32,000 nucleotides of DNA, from contig NC_009928.1 in assembly GCF_000018105.1 (NCBI RefSeq), positions 241,122 through 273,121 of the forward strand, given 5' to 3'. The notes below the pieces were generated by a model. The model was not told the origin of the DNA and made no database searches. It worked only from the letters and a program-made list of their open reading frames with translations. Source of the DNA: Acaryochloris marina MBIC11017 (lineage in GTDB: Bacteria; Cyanobacteriota; Cyanobacteriia; Thermosynechococcales; Thermosynechococcaceae). Shown piece after piece: positions 1 to 7,531 of the stretch (within the stretch, counting starts at the first letter, position 1; each line of letters opens with the position of its first letter). The translations under genes and the position numbers were made by a program.

Positions 1-21
1 ATAATCGCTGAGTTTCTTCAT
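1..21 (-). CDS. First 7 codons (MKKLSDY...) of a minus-strand gene that leaves the window
   Basis: ATG at complement(19..21) lies 7 nt downstream of GAGGAGG (complement of 29..35). The rest of the gene is outside the window. Confidence 0.3.
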
Positions 22-201
22 GTTCGTGCCTCCTCAATTACTGGATATTGGCAGCCTGATGATTGGCATTGCTTGATTATTGAGTCTCTCTTGGTTTCTG
101 AATATCAACCCATTCAGCTTCATCAAGATTGCTGATGACATCACTGACCATTACCGAGAGAACTCTTGGCCCAATTTCACTGTATCCAAGACGGCATCCC
201 T

Positions 202-250
202 TTGCTTATCCTCTGTCCTCACGGTAAATTGTCCCTGGAACTCACCAGGG
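202..250 (+). promoter_or_regulatory. Putative sigma70-type promoter plus 5'-UTR hairpin of DUF4259 paralogue 1
   Basis: TTGCTT (202-207), 17 nt, then TAAATT (225-230). Hairpin CCCTGG/CCAGGG spans 233-250, and its 3' arm runs into the G-rich SD region before ATG 259. The whole block is conserved at 3874-3923. Confidence 0.4.
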
Positions 251-258
251 GATAAGCG

Positions 259-657
259 ATGAGCATATGGGGACCAGGCAGCTTCGAGAATGATGACGCA
301 CTAGACTGGGTGGCTGAACTGGCCGATTCTGATGACGACAATCCGATCATTGATGCTCTAAACACCGTCATCGACCAAGCAGACGAGTCCCCAGAAGCCC
401 CTGATTGTGCGGTTGCCATTGCAGCGTTGGAGGTTGTGGCTGCATGGATGGGAGAACCCTCAGACGATTGCCCAGAGGAGGTGGAGGCATGGGTTGAAGG
501 ACGGCCAGCCCCACCCGCAACAATGATTTCTCAAGCGAGATATGTTGCCGAAGCCATTTCAGAAAAGTCTGACCTCAAAGAGTTGTGGAAGAATTCAGAT
601 GATTTTGAACTATGGCAAACTTCCGTGAATGATTTACTAGGCAGGTTGCTTTACTAA
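259..657 (+). CDS. DUF4259-family protein (paralogue 1)
   Basis: 132-aa ORF. The N-terminal WGPGSFENDDALDWVAEL plus helical A-rich core fits my recollection of DUF4259. It is clearly paralogous to 3927..4331. Confidence 0.85.
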   Translation: MSIWGPGSFENDDALDWVAELADSDDDNPIIDALNTVIDQADESPEAPDCAVAIAALEVVAAWMGEPSDDCPEEVEAWVEGRPAPPATMISQARYVAEAISEKSDLKELWKNSDDFELWQTSVNDLLGRLLY

Positions 658-741
658 AGAGGACAAAATTAACGACCCAAGCTGTTTGATGTAACGCAGG
701 ATCTGATAATTTGTCATCAATCCTCTGATTAAATCATCACC

Positions 742-1170
742 ATGACAAAGCAAGCTGAGTCCCCTCAATGGCAACCGATCAGGGTAATGCACGAATGTAT
801 TCCGATGGTCGATGGCATGTTGGAGGAGGTGCAAAGCCAGCACAGCAATATGCTGGAAGCCCAGAAGAAACCTCATACGATGGATGATGCCACCATTCAA
901 AGGGTCATTGACGTTTACTCTGAGCAGCATGAATTCTTGTGGGTTTATAGGGAGCAGTTCTCTCGCTGGAAACAGGAAAGCCCCACACCTCAACAGTTGA
1001 AGGATATCAACAGGCTTGAGCAGCAGGTGGATAAAATTGACCAAGCGCTCACGGGCATTCTGAACATTGCAGATGACATCAAAGGTAAAACCATCGATAG
1101 CATCCTGGGTAAAAGCGACATGGAGCTAGCTATGGATGTGCTGATGGGTAACCTGAAGATGCCTGAGTAG
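742..1170 (+). CDS. Hypothetical protein (142 aa)
   Basis: Clean ORF with protein-like composition in the same orientation as its neighbours. No family recognised. Confidence 0.7.
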   Translation: MTKQAESPQWQPIRVMHECIPMVDGMLEEVQSQHSNMLEAQKKPHTMDDATIQRVIDVYSEQHEFLWVYREQFSRWKQESPTPQQLKDINRLEQQVDKIDQALTGILNIADDIKGKTIDSILGKSDMELAMDVLMGNLKMPE

Positions 1171-1216
1171 GGTTGCTAGCATGAGTCCAGATAATTGAAC
1201 TGGGGAGATATTCCTA

Positions 1217-1459
1217 ATGCCCAGCACTCCAGATCCCATCAGAGGTATTCTCCTAAAAGACAAACCAGAAGGCATATCTCAGTGTGGGATGTCTCATGCA
1301 ACTGTTGCCCAACATCTGTTCACAAATCAGTGGTATGAGCTATCTGCGAACGGGCAAGTCATTGGTTCGGCTCTGGACTTAGACTTTTATAAACAGGATG
1401 CTACTCAAGGGCAAAATTCTGGGTCTACTGTCAAAACAAAGGAATTATCGAAGGTTTAA
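1217..1459 (+). CDS. Hypothetical small protein (80 aa)
   Basis: ORF that fits the gene spacing. No recognisable motif. Confidence 0.4.
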   Translation: MPSTPDPIRGILLKDKPEGISQCGMSHATVAQHLFTNQWYELSANGQVIGSALDLDFYKQDATQGQNSGSTVKTKELSKV

Positions 1460-1633
1460 AGCTAGGTTGCTAACATAATCACTCATTTTATTTCAATTAA
1501 AACTTCTTATGTAAAAATTCGATATCCAATGCCATCCTGACTAATTGGATCGGTTATCCGCTAGCCATAAACCTAAAACTATATGCAATCATTTAGTGGT
1601 CATAATGATACTGCTAGAGAGATTTTTTAACTC

Positions 1634-2011
1634 ATGCCGAGAAAGAAAAAGCAAGCTAAACCCTTAACAGGAAAAGACTTAGTAGCCAAAGTAAAACAAC
1701 TGAGTGATTACACTCGTGAAGAAAAAGCGAAAGCTTGCGGATACGTTTCTAATGACAAAGGTGGCTCTGAACGAATTAAAACTATCGCATTCCTCAATGC
1801 TCTTTTAGATGCAGAAGGAATTGATTTAGATAGCCAATCTTCCAATGGGAGCGGCGTTGGAGGACGAAGAGCAAGCTATAAAGTTAGTGTGCAGACCAAT
1901 GGCAATATTTTGGTGGGCCGTACTTATACCCAAGCACTAGAACTTGAGCCTGGGGATGAATTTGAAATCTCAGTAGGTCGCAAGCACATTCATTTGACCA
2001 AGGTTGCTTAA
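1634..2011 (+). CDS. Cyanobacterial AbrB-like (cyAbrB) transcriptional regulator
   Basis: The C-terminal segment SYKVSVQTNGNILVGRTYTQALELEPGDEFEISVGRKHIHL matches the swapped-hairpin AbrB/SpoVT fold placed C-terminally, as in cyAbrB proteins. The N-terminus is basic. An AT-rich promoter region lies upstream and a strong terminator downstream. Confidence 0.8.
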   Translation: MPRKKKQAKPLTGKDLVAKVKQLSDYTREEKAKACGYVSNDKGGSERIKTIAFLNALLDAEGIDLDSQSSNGSGVGGRRASYKVSVQTNGNILVGRTYTQALELEPGDEFEISVGRKHIHLTKVA

Positions 2012-2024
2012 GAGTTTATCCAGT

Positions 2025-2074
2025 CAATCAATAAACTCCCCTGTATAGTCTTGTACAGGGGAGTTTATTGATTG
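2025..2074 (+). terminator. Perfect 21-bp stem-loop, likely a bidirectional intrinsic terminator after the abrB-like gene
   Basis: caatcaataaactcccctgta (2025-2045) pairs perfectly with tacaggggagtttattgattg (2054-2074). The loop is 8 nt and the 3' arm is T-rich. Confidence 0.75.
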
Positions 2075-2217
2075 TGTAACCTCACTACATGGCAAACACA
2101 GAGGAGTATCTTTCCAACAATTGATATTCCCAGACCCAGTTATATTGCCCAGGTTCCCAGATACCCCCTATTACAATCCTTGCAGTACAATACTCGCAAT
2201 CCTTTCAAGGTACTGTC

Positions 2218-2493
2218 ATGAATAAAGGCGAACTCGTTGACGCAATTGCTGAAAATACTGGCGTCACTAAGAAGCAAGCTGATACTACCCTTTCGGCTAC
2301 TATTGAGACAATCGTTGATGCTGTTAGCTCTGGTGAAAAAGTTACTCTCGTTGGCTTCGGCAGTTTTGAAGCTAGAGACCGCAAAGCTAGAGAGGGACGT
2401 AATCCTAAGACGGGTGAGAAAATGACTACACCAGCTTCCAAAGCACCTGTTTTCAGCGCTGGCAAGCTTTTCAAGGAAAAAGTAAAACCCTGA
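2218..2493 (+). CDS. hup: HU-family nucleoid-associated DNA-binding protein
   Basis: 91 aa. MNKGELVDAIAENTGVTKKQADTTL...GFGSFEARDRKAREGRNPKTGEKM...P.FSAGK is a textbook HU/IHF signature. Confidence 0.95.
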   Translation: MNKGELVDAIAENTGVTKKQADTTLSATIETIVDAVSSGEKVTLVGFGSFEARDRKAREGRNPKTGEKMTTPASKAPVFSAGKLFKEKVKP

Positions 2494-2532
2494 TAGACTG
2501 AAGCATATCTATCATTCTATTTTCTACAATCT

Positions 2533-2571
2533 AGCTGGCAGATCTTCTTGTGATTCTGCCAGCTCTTTATT
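2533..2571 (+). terminator. Intrinsic terminator after the HU gene
   Basis: agctggcaga (2533-2542) pairs with tctgccagct (2555-2564), followed by ctttatt. Confidence 0.65.
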
Positions 2572-2661
2572 AGGTGCGATTACTTCCTCTGAGTTTCTTA
2601 AGAAATAACACAAGACCATTCCCATCTCTGGCATTTCAGGGTATTCCTCTACCAACGATGT

Positions 2662-3501
2662 TTGCAAGGCATCAAGCGGATGATTCAAACTGACAGCACT
2701 GGCGCTTATCTCAAAGAAATCGGACGCTATCCCCTTCTATCCCACGAAGAAGAAATCCAACTTGCCAGACAAGCTAAAGCTGGAAACCTTCGGGCCAAAC
2801 AACGGATGATCGAGTGCAATCTGCGCCTGGTCGTCTCCATTGCTAAAAAGCATCAGAATCGGGGCTTGCCATTCATGGACTTAATCCAAGAAGGCAGCAT
2901 CGGGCTGAGTCGAGCCGTTGAGAAGTTCGAGCCTGAGCAGGGGTATCGCTTCAGTACCTATGCCTATTGGTGGATTCGACAGGGAATAACCCGCTCGATA
3001 CAGAATAACAGTCGTGTGATTCGCCTCCCTGTGTGGCATTGGCAGACAGGAAACCAAATCAAACAGACTCAACGACAACTCTCCCAAGAATTCGGTCGTG
3101 AGCCTACACTTGCTGAACTTGCTGAGGCAATGGAGATTGACCTCGACAAACTGAAGCAAAACATGCATCATCTTCAAGATGTTCTCTCTCTCGATATGCA
3201 GGTTGGCAAGGAACAAGACACCACACTAGGAGAACTGATCGAAGCAGAACAATCGACACCAACCCATCTTGAACTGCTGAACCAGAGTGAAGAGGTATCG
3301 AGTTATTTATCACTCCTAGATGAACGGCAACGCTATGTGATTGTCCAGCGATATGGATTAGAAGATGGCGAAGCTAAGACCATGCAAGATATTGGTCAGC
3401 AGCTTGGCGTCAGCCGGGAGCGGATTCGACAAATTATCAACAAAGCGATGAAGAAATTACAGAAAAACAGTGACCTAGCTACAGAAATCAAGACGGCCTA
3501 G
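2662..3501 (+). CDS. RNA polymerase sigma70-family factor (short group 2/3-like)
   Basis: Region 1.2/2.1 [20 protein letters not shown]. Region 2.2-2.4 [12 protein letters not shown]...[41 protein letters not shown]. Region 4.2 [27 protein letters not shown]. The start may be TTG 2662 or ATG 2680. Confidence 0.9.
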   Translation: MQGIKRMIQTDSTGAYLKEIGRYPLLSHEEEIQLARQAKAGNLRAKQRMIECNLRLVVSIAKKHQNRGLPFMDLIQEGSIGLSRAVEKFEPEQGYRFSTYAYWWIRQGITRSIQNNSRVIRLPVWHWQTGNQIKQTQRQLSQEFGREPTLAELAEAMEIDLDKLKQNMHHLQDVLSLDMQVGKEQDTTLGELIEAEQSTPTHLELLNQSEEVSSYLSLLDERQRYVIVQRYGLEDGEAKTMQDIGQQLGVSRERIRQIINKAMKKLQKNSDLATEIKTA

Positions 3502-3528
3502 TCCTCGCCAGGACCTAGGATAGAAAGA

Positions 3529-3636
3529 GCCCCCTAATGCTCATCAGCAGATCCAGGGGGCATACACCAGAATCATTAGGGTTCTCTGAAAACCCCACTC
3601 ATAACCTATCAATCGAACCTGGGGAAATGCTGGGGG
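3529..3636 (+). repeat. Structured repeat family, copy A (hairpin plus ATCAATC...TGGGG core)
   Basis: Hairpin GCCCCCT/AGGGGGC at 3529-3561. Core ctatcaatcgaacctggggaaatgctggggg at 3606-3636. See copies B-D. Confidence 0.5.
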
Positions 3637-3677
3637 TCAGCGGATGCCTTGATACCTGTGCTAGCTAATATTAAGAA

Positions 3678-3827
3678 ATGGAACCCACCCTAGCCATATA
3701 CAACGGCATCCCCATCGCCCCACCAACAGCCAAAACCCCAGACACCCCAAAGTCTCACCCCCAAGACAGCCCAGACCCAGGAAGTTCCTATGAGAGGACT
3801 TGGAAGGGAGCTTGTGCCTGTAATTGA
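3678..3827 (+). CDS. Possible small protein (49 aa, MEPTLAIYNGIPIAPP...)
   Basis: My own translation; the ORF is below the 60-aa track cut-off. The first 16 codons are paralogous to the N-terminus of the ORF at 7532. It lies about 40 nt downstream of repeat core A. Confidence 0.35.
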   Translation: MEPTLAIYNGIPIAPPTAKTPDTPKSHPQDSPDPGSSYERTWKGACACN

Positions 3828-3873
3828 TGTGGGAGCATGGGATACGGAGAAAACAGACTCTCCGACACTTACC

Positions 3874-3923
3874 TTGGCTTATCCTCTATCCTCAAGGTAA
3901 ATTATCCCTGAACTCAAACAGGG
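3874..3923 (+). promoter_or_regulatory. Putative promoter plus 5'-UTR hairpin of DUF4259 paralogue 2
   Basis: TTGGCT (3874-3879), 18 nt, then TAAATT (3898-3903). Hairpin CCCTG/CAGGG spans 3906-3923. Homologous to 202-250. Confidence 0.4.
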
Positions 3924-3926
3924 GGT

Positions 3927-4331
3927 ATGACGATGGGTGCATCAGGAGTTGGCAGTTTCGATAACGACGATGCAATGGACTGGGTGGCTGAGCTAAAAGG
4001 CTACGCTGACGATAGCCCGATTGTTGATGCACTGAATACGGTCATCGATCAAGCTGATGACTACCTGGAAGCCCCGGAATGCTTCAACGCCATCGCCGCT
4101 GCCGAGGTCGTCGCTGCACAGTCGGGCAACCCCCATGAGGACTGCCCAGAAGAAATTGAGGTATGGGTGGAGGGTCATCCTGCCCCCTCAGCGACGAGGG
4201 TTGCCCAGGCTCGACAGGCACTTGAGGTGATTCTAGCTGAGTCAGAACTCAAGGGACTTTGGAAAGACTCAGGTGGTTTGGATGAATGGCAGGGAGCGAT
4301 GGAAGAGTTGCTATCCCGTTTACCTTACTGA
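3927..4331 (+). CDS. DUF4259-family protein (paralogue 2)
   Basis: 134 aa, GVGSFDNDDAMDWVAEL...; collinear with 259..657 over its whole length. The start may be ATG 3927 or 3933. Confidence 0.85.
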   Translation: MTMGASGVGSFDNDDAMDWVAELKGYADDSPIVDALNTVIDQADDYLEAPECFNAIAAAEVVAAQSGNPHEDCPEEIEVWVEGHPAPSATRVAQARQALEVILAESELKGLWKDSGGLDEWQGAMEELLSRLPY

Positions 4332-4403
4332 GTATTGGTTTTAGAAGATTATTAGTCTATTTTGGGTATCCAAGGATAAAGCAAGTGAAAACCTCAAGCT
4401 CAA

Positions 4404-4886
4404 ATGGATCCGAATACTTTAGTCATCTGGAAAAACTTAGAGACTCGTCTAGATGTTCCCTTTAGGAATAATATGATGGCTCTCCTTTTGGAGATGGCAC
4501 GAGAACGGACAGCCGATCCCCAAAAAATTGCCACCTGGATGTTGACCACGTCTGCTTGTATCTGCAATGCCGTGTTTGGCATCAATGATCCAGTGCCTCT
4601 GCTCTCTCTCTACATTCGAGTGTTATGTGATCACTATCCTCGAACCATGGAACAAATTGCGCAGATATATTCTTACGGCAGCTTGAAGCGATATGTCCCT
4701 GTTATTGCAGATCGCGATGAGTTCATTGGTATCCTCAGTGCAGCAGGCTCAACCTTTGCGAATGGTGAACTGATACTGACGGATGGTGAAATCGATGTCA
4801 GCCAAAAAGGATTGGAGCGATTTCAATTGATCTGGAAAGCACCCGCCATGAAGCTTGAGAATCCTGGACCTTCAGTTTTATGGTGA
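4404..4886 (+). CDS. Hypothetical protein (160 aa)
   Basis: Clean ORF with globular-looking composition. No family recognised. Confidence 0.65.
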   Translation: MDPNTLVIWKNLETRLDVPFRNNMMALLLEMARERTADPQKIATWMLTTSACICNAVFGINDPVPLLSLYIRVLCDHYPRTMEQIAQIYSYGSLKRYVPVIADRDEFIGILSAAGSTFANGELILTDGEIDVSQKGLERFQLIWKAPAMKLENPGPSVLW

Positions 4887-5080
4887 TGTCTTAGTGATGG
4901 AAATAAAAGCTCCTCAAAATAGTCATTCTGGGGAGCTGTTCAAGTGAGGAGGTTCTCAAATACTGTTACAGAGAATCTCATTACCGTTAGGGTGCCCATA
5001 CCCGCTGTGTTTTTCTAGCTCAATTACAATCCTTAAAGATGCTCTAAGCTATTGTGTCTGCAACGTTCCAGGCCATTTAT

Positions 5081-5272
5081 ATGAACAAAAGCGAATTAGT
5101 CGATGTGATTGCTGGGAATATTGGAGTCACCATGAAGCAGGCTGACACTATCATCACAGCAATTACAGGAACCATCATCGAGATCGTCAGCTCTGGCGAG
5201 AAGATTTCTCTTGCTAAGTCTTTGACGCTCAAATTCTGCACACTATTCCGTCCGAACCGTCGCACCTATTAA
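5081..5272 (+). pseudogene. Truncated HU-like gene remnant
   Basis: MNKSELVDVIAGNIGVTMKQADTIITAITGTIIEIVSSGEKISL parallels the first 44 residues or so of the HU at 2218. HU similarity is then lost (no GFGSF...R.GRNP arm). The upstream attacaatcctt is shared with the intact copy. Confidence 0.6.
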
Positions 5273-5680
5273 TAGACCTAGCCAAGATACAAACGCCTGA
5301 CCAAGACGACTCGCGGCAAGTTCACAGCCGTAGATGAATATTTCAGCACCTTCTGTCAAATAGTCCTGCCATTGGCAAATCTCATCTGCATAATCCCAAA
5401 GGTTATCTACATCTAAACGAGTTGTTCCTAATTCAAGATGATCAGGTCCACCTTTGCAAATCAGGTGGAGACAAGATAGTCCTTCAAATTGACTCAAGAG
5501 CGTTTTGATTTGGGCAATCCCATCCGTTTCAATATCGAGAATATGAACCTCTCGACCCAATAGTGGGCTAGCTAGCAAATATTGGTAATTATCAATGGCA
5601 GTATCAACTACAACGAGGTAGGGAGTACTTTGGGAAAAGTTAATTGGAAAAGTTGGTTCGGTGCTTAAATTGGTAGTCAT
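5243..5680 (-). CDS. Stand-alone or truncated DUF4347-domain protein
   Basis: YLVVVDTAIDNYQYLLASPLLGREVHILDIETDGIAQIKTLL...LHLICKGGPDHLELGTTRLDVDNL...IFIYGCELAASRLGQAFV matches the DUF4347 N-terminal module of giant cyanobacterial repeat proteins. The ORF ends right after the domain. ATG 5680 is preferred over the TTG at 5734. Confidence 0.7.
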   Translation of the reverse strand: MTTNLSTEPTFPINFSQSTPYLVVVDTAIDNYQYLLASPLLGREVHILDIETDGIAQIKTLLSQFEGLSCLHLICKGGPDHLELGTTRLDVDNLWDYADEICQWQDYLTEGAEIFIYGCELAASRLGQAFVSWLGLLIGATVRTE

Positions 5681-6150
5681 AGGGGCTAAGGTAGGTTTTA
5701 TTGTCCCCCAGATACATGAGTTCGGCAGATTCAAAATTACCTCTCACAGTTTTCAGCATAATGGGCTGAGTCAGAGAAATTGCCTCACCTTAGCCTCAGT
5801 TTTTCTCAGGTTCGTTTAGATTCTGCAACAAAAAACCCCTGAAGCTATCAGGAGGTGTACACACAAAGAAGTTAATGAGAAGAAATTTAATAAATCTTGT
5901 AAGGGCAAGGCTGATCAGGAAAGATAGTCGATTCATTAACCTCACTCTTTCAGTGTGAGTCACGATGATTTGAGAACATGTTTGCAGAGGTGAGTATTAT
6001 GTATAACTTCTTGCTGAAGTTATTAAGAAGTATTATCAACAAATAGATTGCCAAATATCTCTATTCATAACCGGAGAGGAAAGAAAATTAAAGGCTGGTA
6101 GACTCAGTAGCAGAGTGAACGATGCGCTTCGTTCTCGTAATGCGAGTATG

Positions 6151-6190
6151 AAAACTGACAGGCACCACCACACACTGTCAGTTTTTTCTT
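6151..6190 (+). terminator. Canonical intrinsic terminator with no upstream protein gene (orphan)
   Basis: aaaactgacag (6151-6161) pairs with ctgtcagtttt (6175-6185) and is followed by a T-run to 6190. There is no plus-strand ORF of 60 aa or more between 5735 and 6150. Confidence 0.7.
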
Positions 6191-6197
6191 GTAAACG

Positions 6198-6352
6198 ATA
6201 CCCCCTCGGAATGGCCCAAGAGAGAAAACCCCCCTCAAAGTACGGGGGACTCCAGGGGGTATACCGTTAAGAGTTTCACCTTATAAACAAGGGGGACTCT
6301 GAGAAAAGCCCTTTCGGAAGATACCAATCAAATGTGTGGAAATGTTGGGGGG
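6198..6352 (+). repeat. Structured repeat family, copy B
   Basis: Outer stem ATACCCCCT/AGGGGGTAT at 6198-6262, with an inner CCCCC/GGGGG stem at 6230-6248. Core ataccaatcaaatgtgtggaaatgttgggggg at 6321-6352. Confidence 0.45.
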
Positions 6353-6513
6353 ACGGAAATATTACTTTGTTCTTCCTTAAAGGTGTCCTTCCACTGTTTC
6401 CTTGTTATTAGAATCGGGAACTCTGTCTACACAATAACCGTGTGCTGATTGATGAGTCATCTCTACCCTCGCCTCACTCAACCTCAACAAAACTGAACCA
6501 GGAGGTTCAACAT

Positions 6514-6837
6514 ATGAGCTATGAAGTTTTTCAGCCTGCTGACCTGATGGACGGAATCAGTGCCAACCAATTACGCAGTGAGATTAACGATGCCCTAGCT
6601 AATGGTGTGACAACGATTCTGATAGATCTTAGAGATGTCACCTTTATGAATAGTTCCGCCATTGGTTCCTTAGTGGCTACGCTTAAATCAGTGCGAGGAG
6701 AAGATGGCACCCTCTCGTTATGCTCACTGAATGATCAGGTTCGTATTATCTTTGAATTAACCAAAATGGACAATATTTTCGATATTTATGCAGATCGCCA
6801 AGAATTTATGCATAAAAATGGTATTTCCTCCAGCTAA
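6514..6837 (+). CDS. STAS-domain anti-sigma-factor antagonist (SpoIIAA/RsbV-like)
   Basis: ...TILIDLRDVTFMNSSAIGSLVATLKSVRGEDGTLSLCSLNDQVRIIFELTKMDNIFDIY is a typical STAS signature with a conserved Ser in the NSSAIG context. AGGAGG lies 7 nt upstream of ATG 6514; the ORF-track start at 6442 is a GTG. Confidence 0.85.
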   Translation: MSYEVFQPADLMDGISANQLRSEINDALANGVTTILIDLRDVTFMNSSAIGSLVATLKSVRGEDGTLSLCSLNDQVRIIFELTKMDNIFDIYADRQEFMHKNGISSS

Positions 6838-7223
6838 CCTCATCCAGGCTCTTATGAATCAAAGCTTTGTTCTCGGAAAAGGTTTCAGCCACAATGCAGA
6901 GGGTGAACTGATCATCTCTCCCCAGGTTGAGGCGTTTATCCACTCCATCATCTAGTGGAAAAACAAACCTCAAAGGGTCACTCTAAAGCTATTTACGGGT
7001 TCACCTTAACGGTAACCTGTATACCGATGGCCTGTACTGCGTTCCAGGGATTTAGTAGGCCGGTAGGGAACCCATAAATAGCAAGAGTGCCAGTCCTCTG
7101 ACATACCCCCCAAGCATATTAACCAATGCGTAGTTTTAGGGCATTTTTGTCAGCTTAAGAAGCTCATGTGATTGCCATGAGAGGACTGAAAGGTTCCGAA
7201 ACCTCATCACCAGCAGCAAGAAA

Positions 7224-7336
7224 CCCCTCAAAGCTCTTCAGGAGATTCAAGGGGCGACCCTGTATTCATGGACATCAACAAGGTCTTAAGGAATGCTTCC
7301 CAGAATCTATCAATCAAATTTGAGGAAATCTTGGGG
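7224..7336 (+). repeat. Structured repeat family, copy C
   Basis: Imperfect hairpin CCCCTCAAAGCTC/GAGATTCAAGGGG at 7224-7254. Core ctatcaatcaaatttgaggaaatcttgggg at 7307-7336. Confidence 0.5.
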
Positions 7337-7360
7337 AACGTACGGCTCATCCTTAGCAGC

Positions 7361-7491
7361 AGAATCCCTCTAAAGACTCGCACTCTAGAGGGATTCTAGT
7401 CTCAGCCTCTCTCCTAGAACCGTCAGGCTCCTGGGATATTGGCTGATCTTTTATTTTTAATCTATCAATCAACTTTGGGGAAATTTGGGGG
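7361..7491 (+). repeat. Structured repeat family, copy D
   Basis: Perfect 12-bp stem AGAATCCCTCTA/TAGAGGGATTCT at 7361-7397. Core ctatcaatcaactttggggaaatttggggg at 7462-7491. Confidence 0.5.
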
Positions 7492-7531
7492 AAGGGAAGA
7501 CACTAGCCTTAATGCTTGCCATAATCCAGAC

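Noticed and set aside
80-262. 60-aa ORF just upstream of DUF4259 paralogue 1
   Set aside because: Its 3' third is the conserved promoter and hairpin block. At the second paralogue (3874-3926) the same block is not part of any ORF, so the conservation is at the DNA or RNA level.
6854-6955. 33-codon ORF (MNQSFVLGKGFSHNAEGELIISPQVEAFIHSII) just after the STAS gene
   Set aside because: It has no SD, no recognisable motif and no paralogue in the window. There is not enough evidence to call it.
7471-7491. TTGGGG(A)AAT-TTGGGGG as a telomere-like repeat
   Set aside because: There are only two units per site, embedded in a longer conserved core that occurs internally four times. Nothing suggests a linear replicon end.
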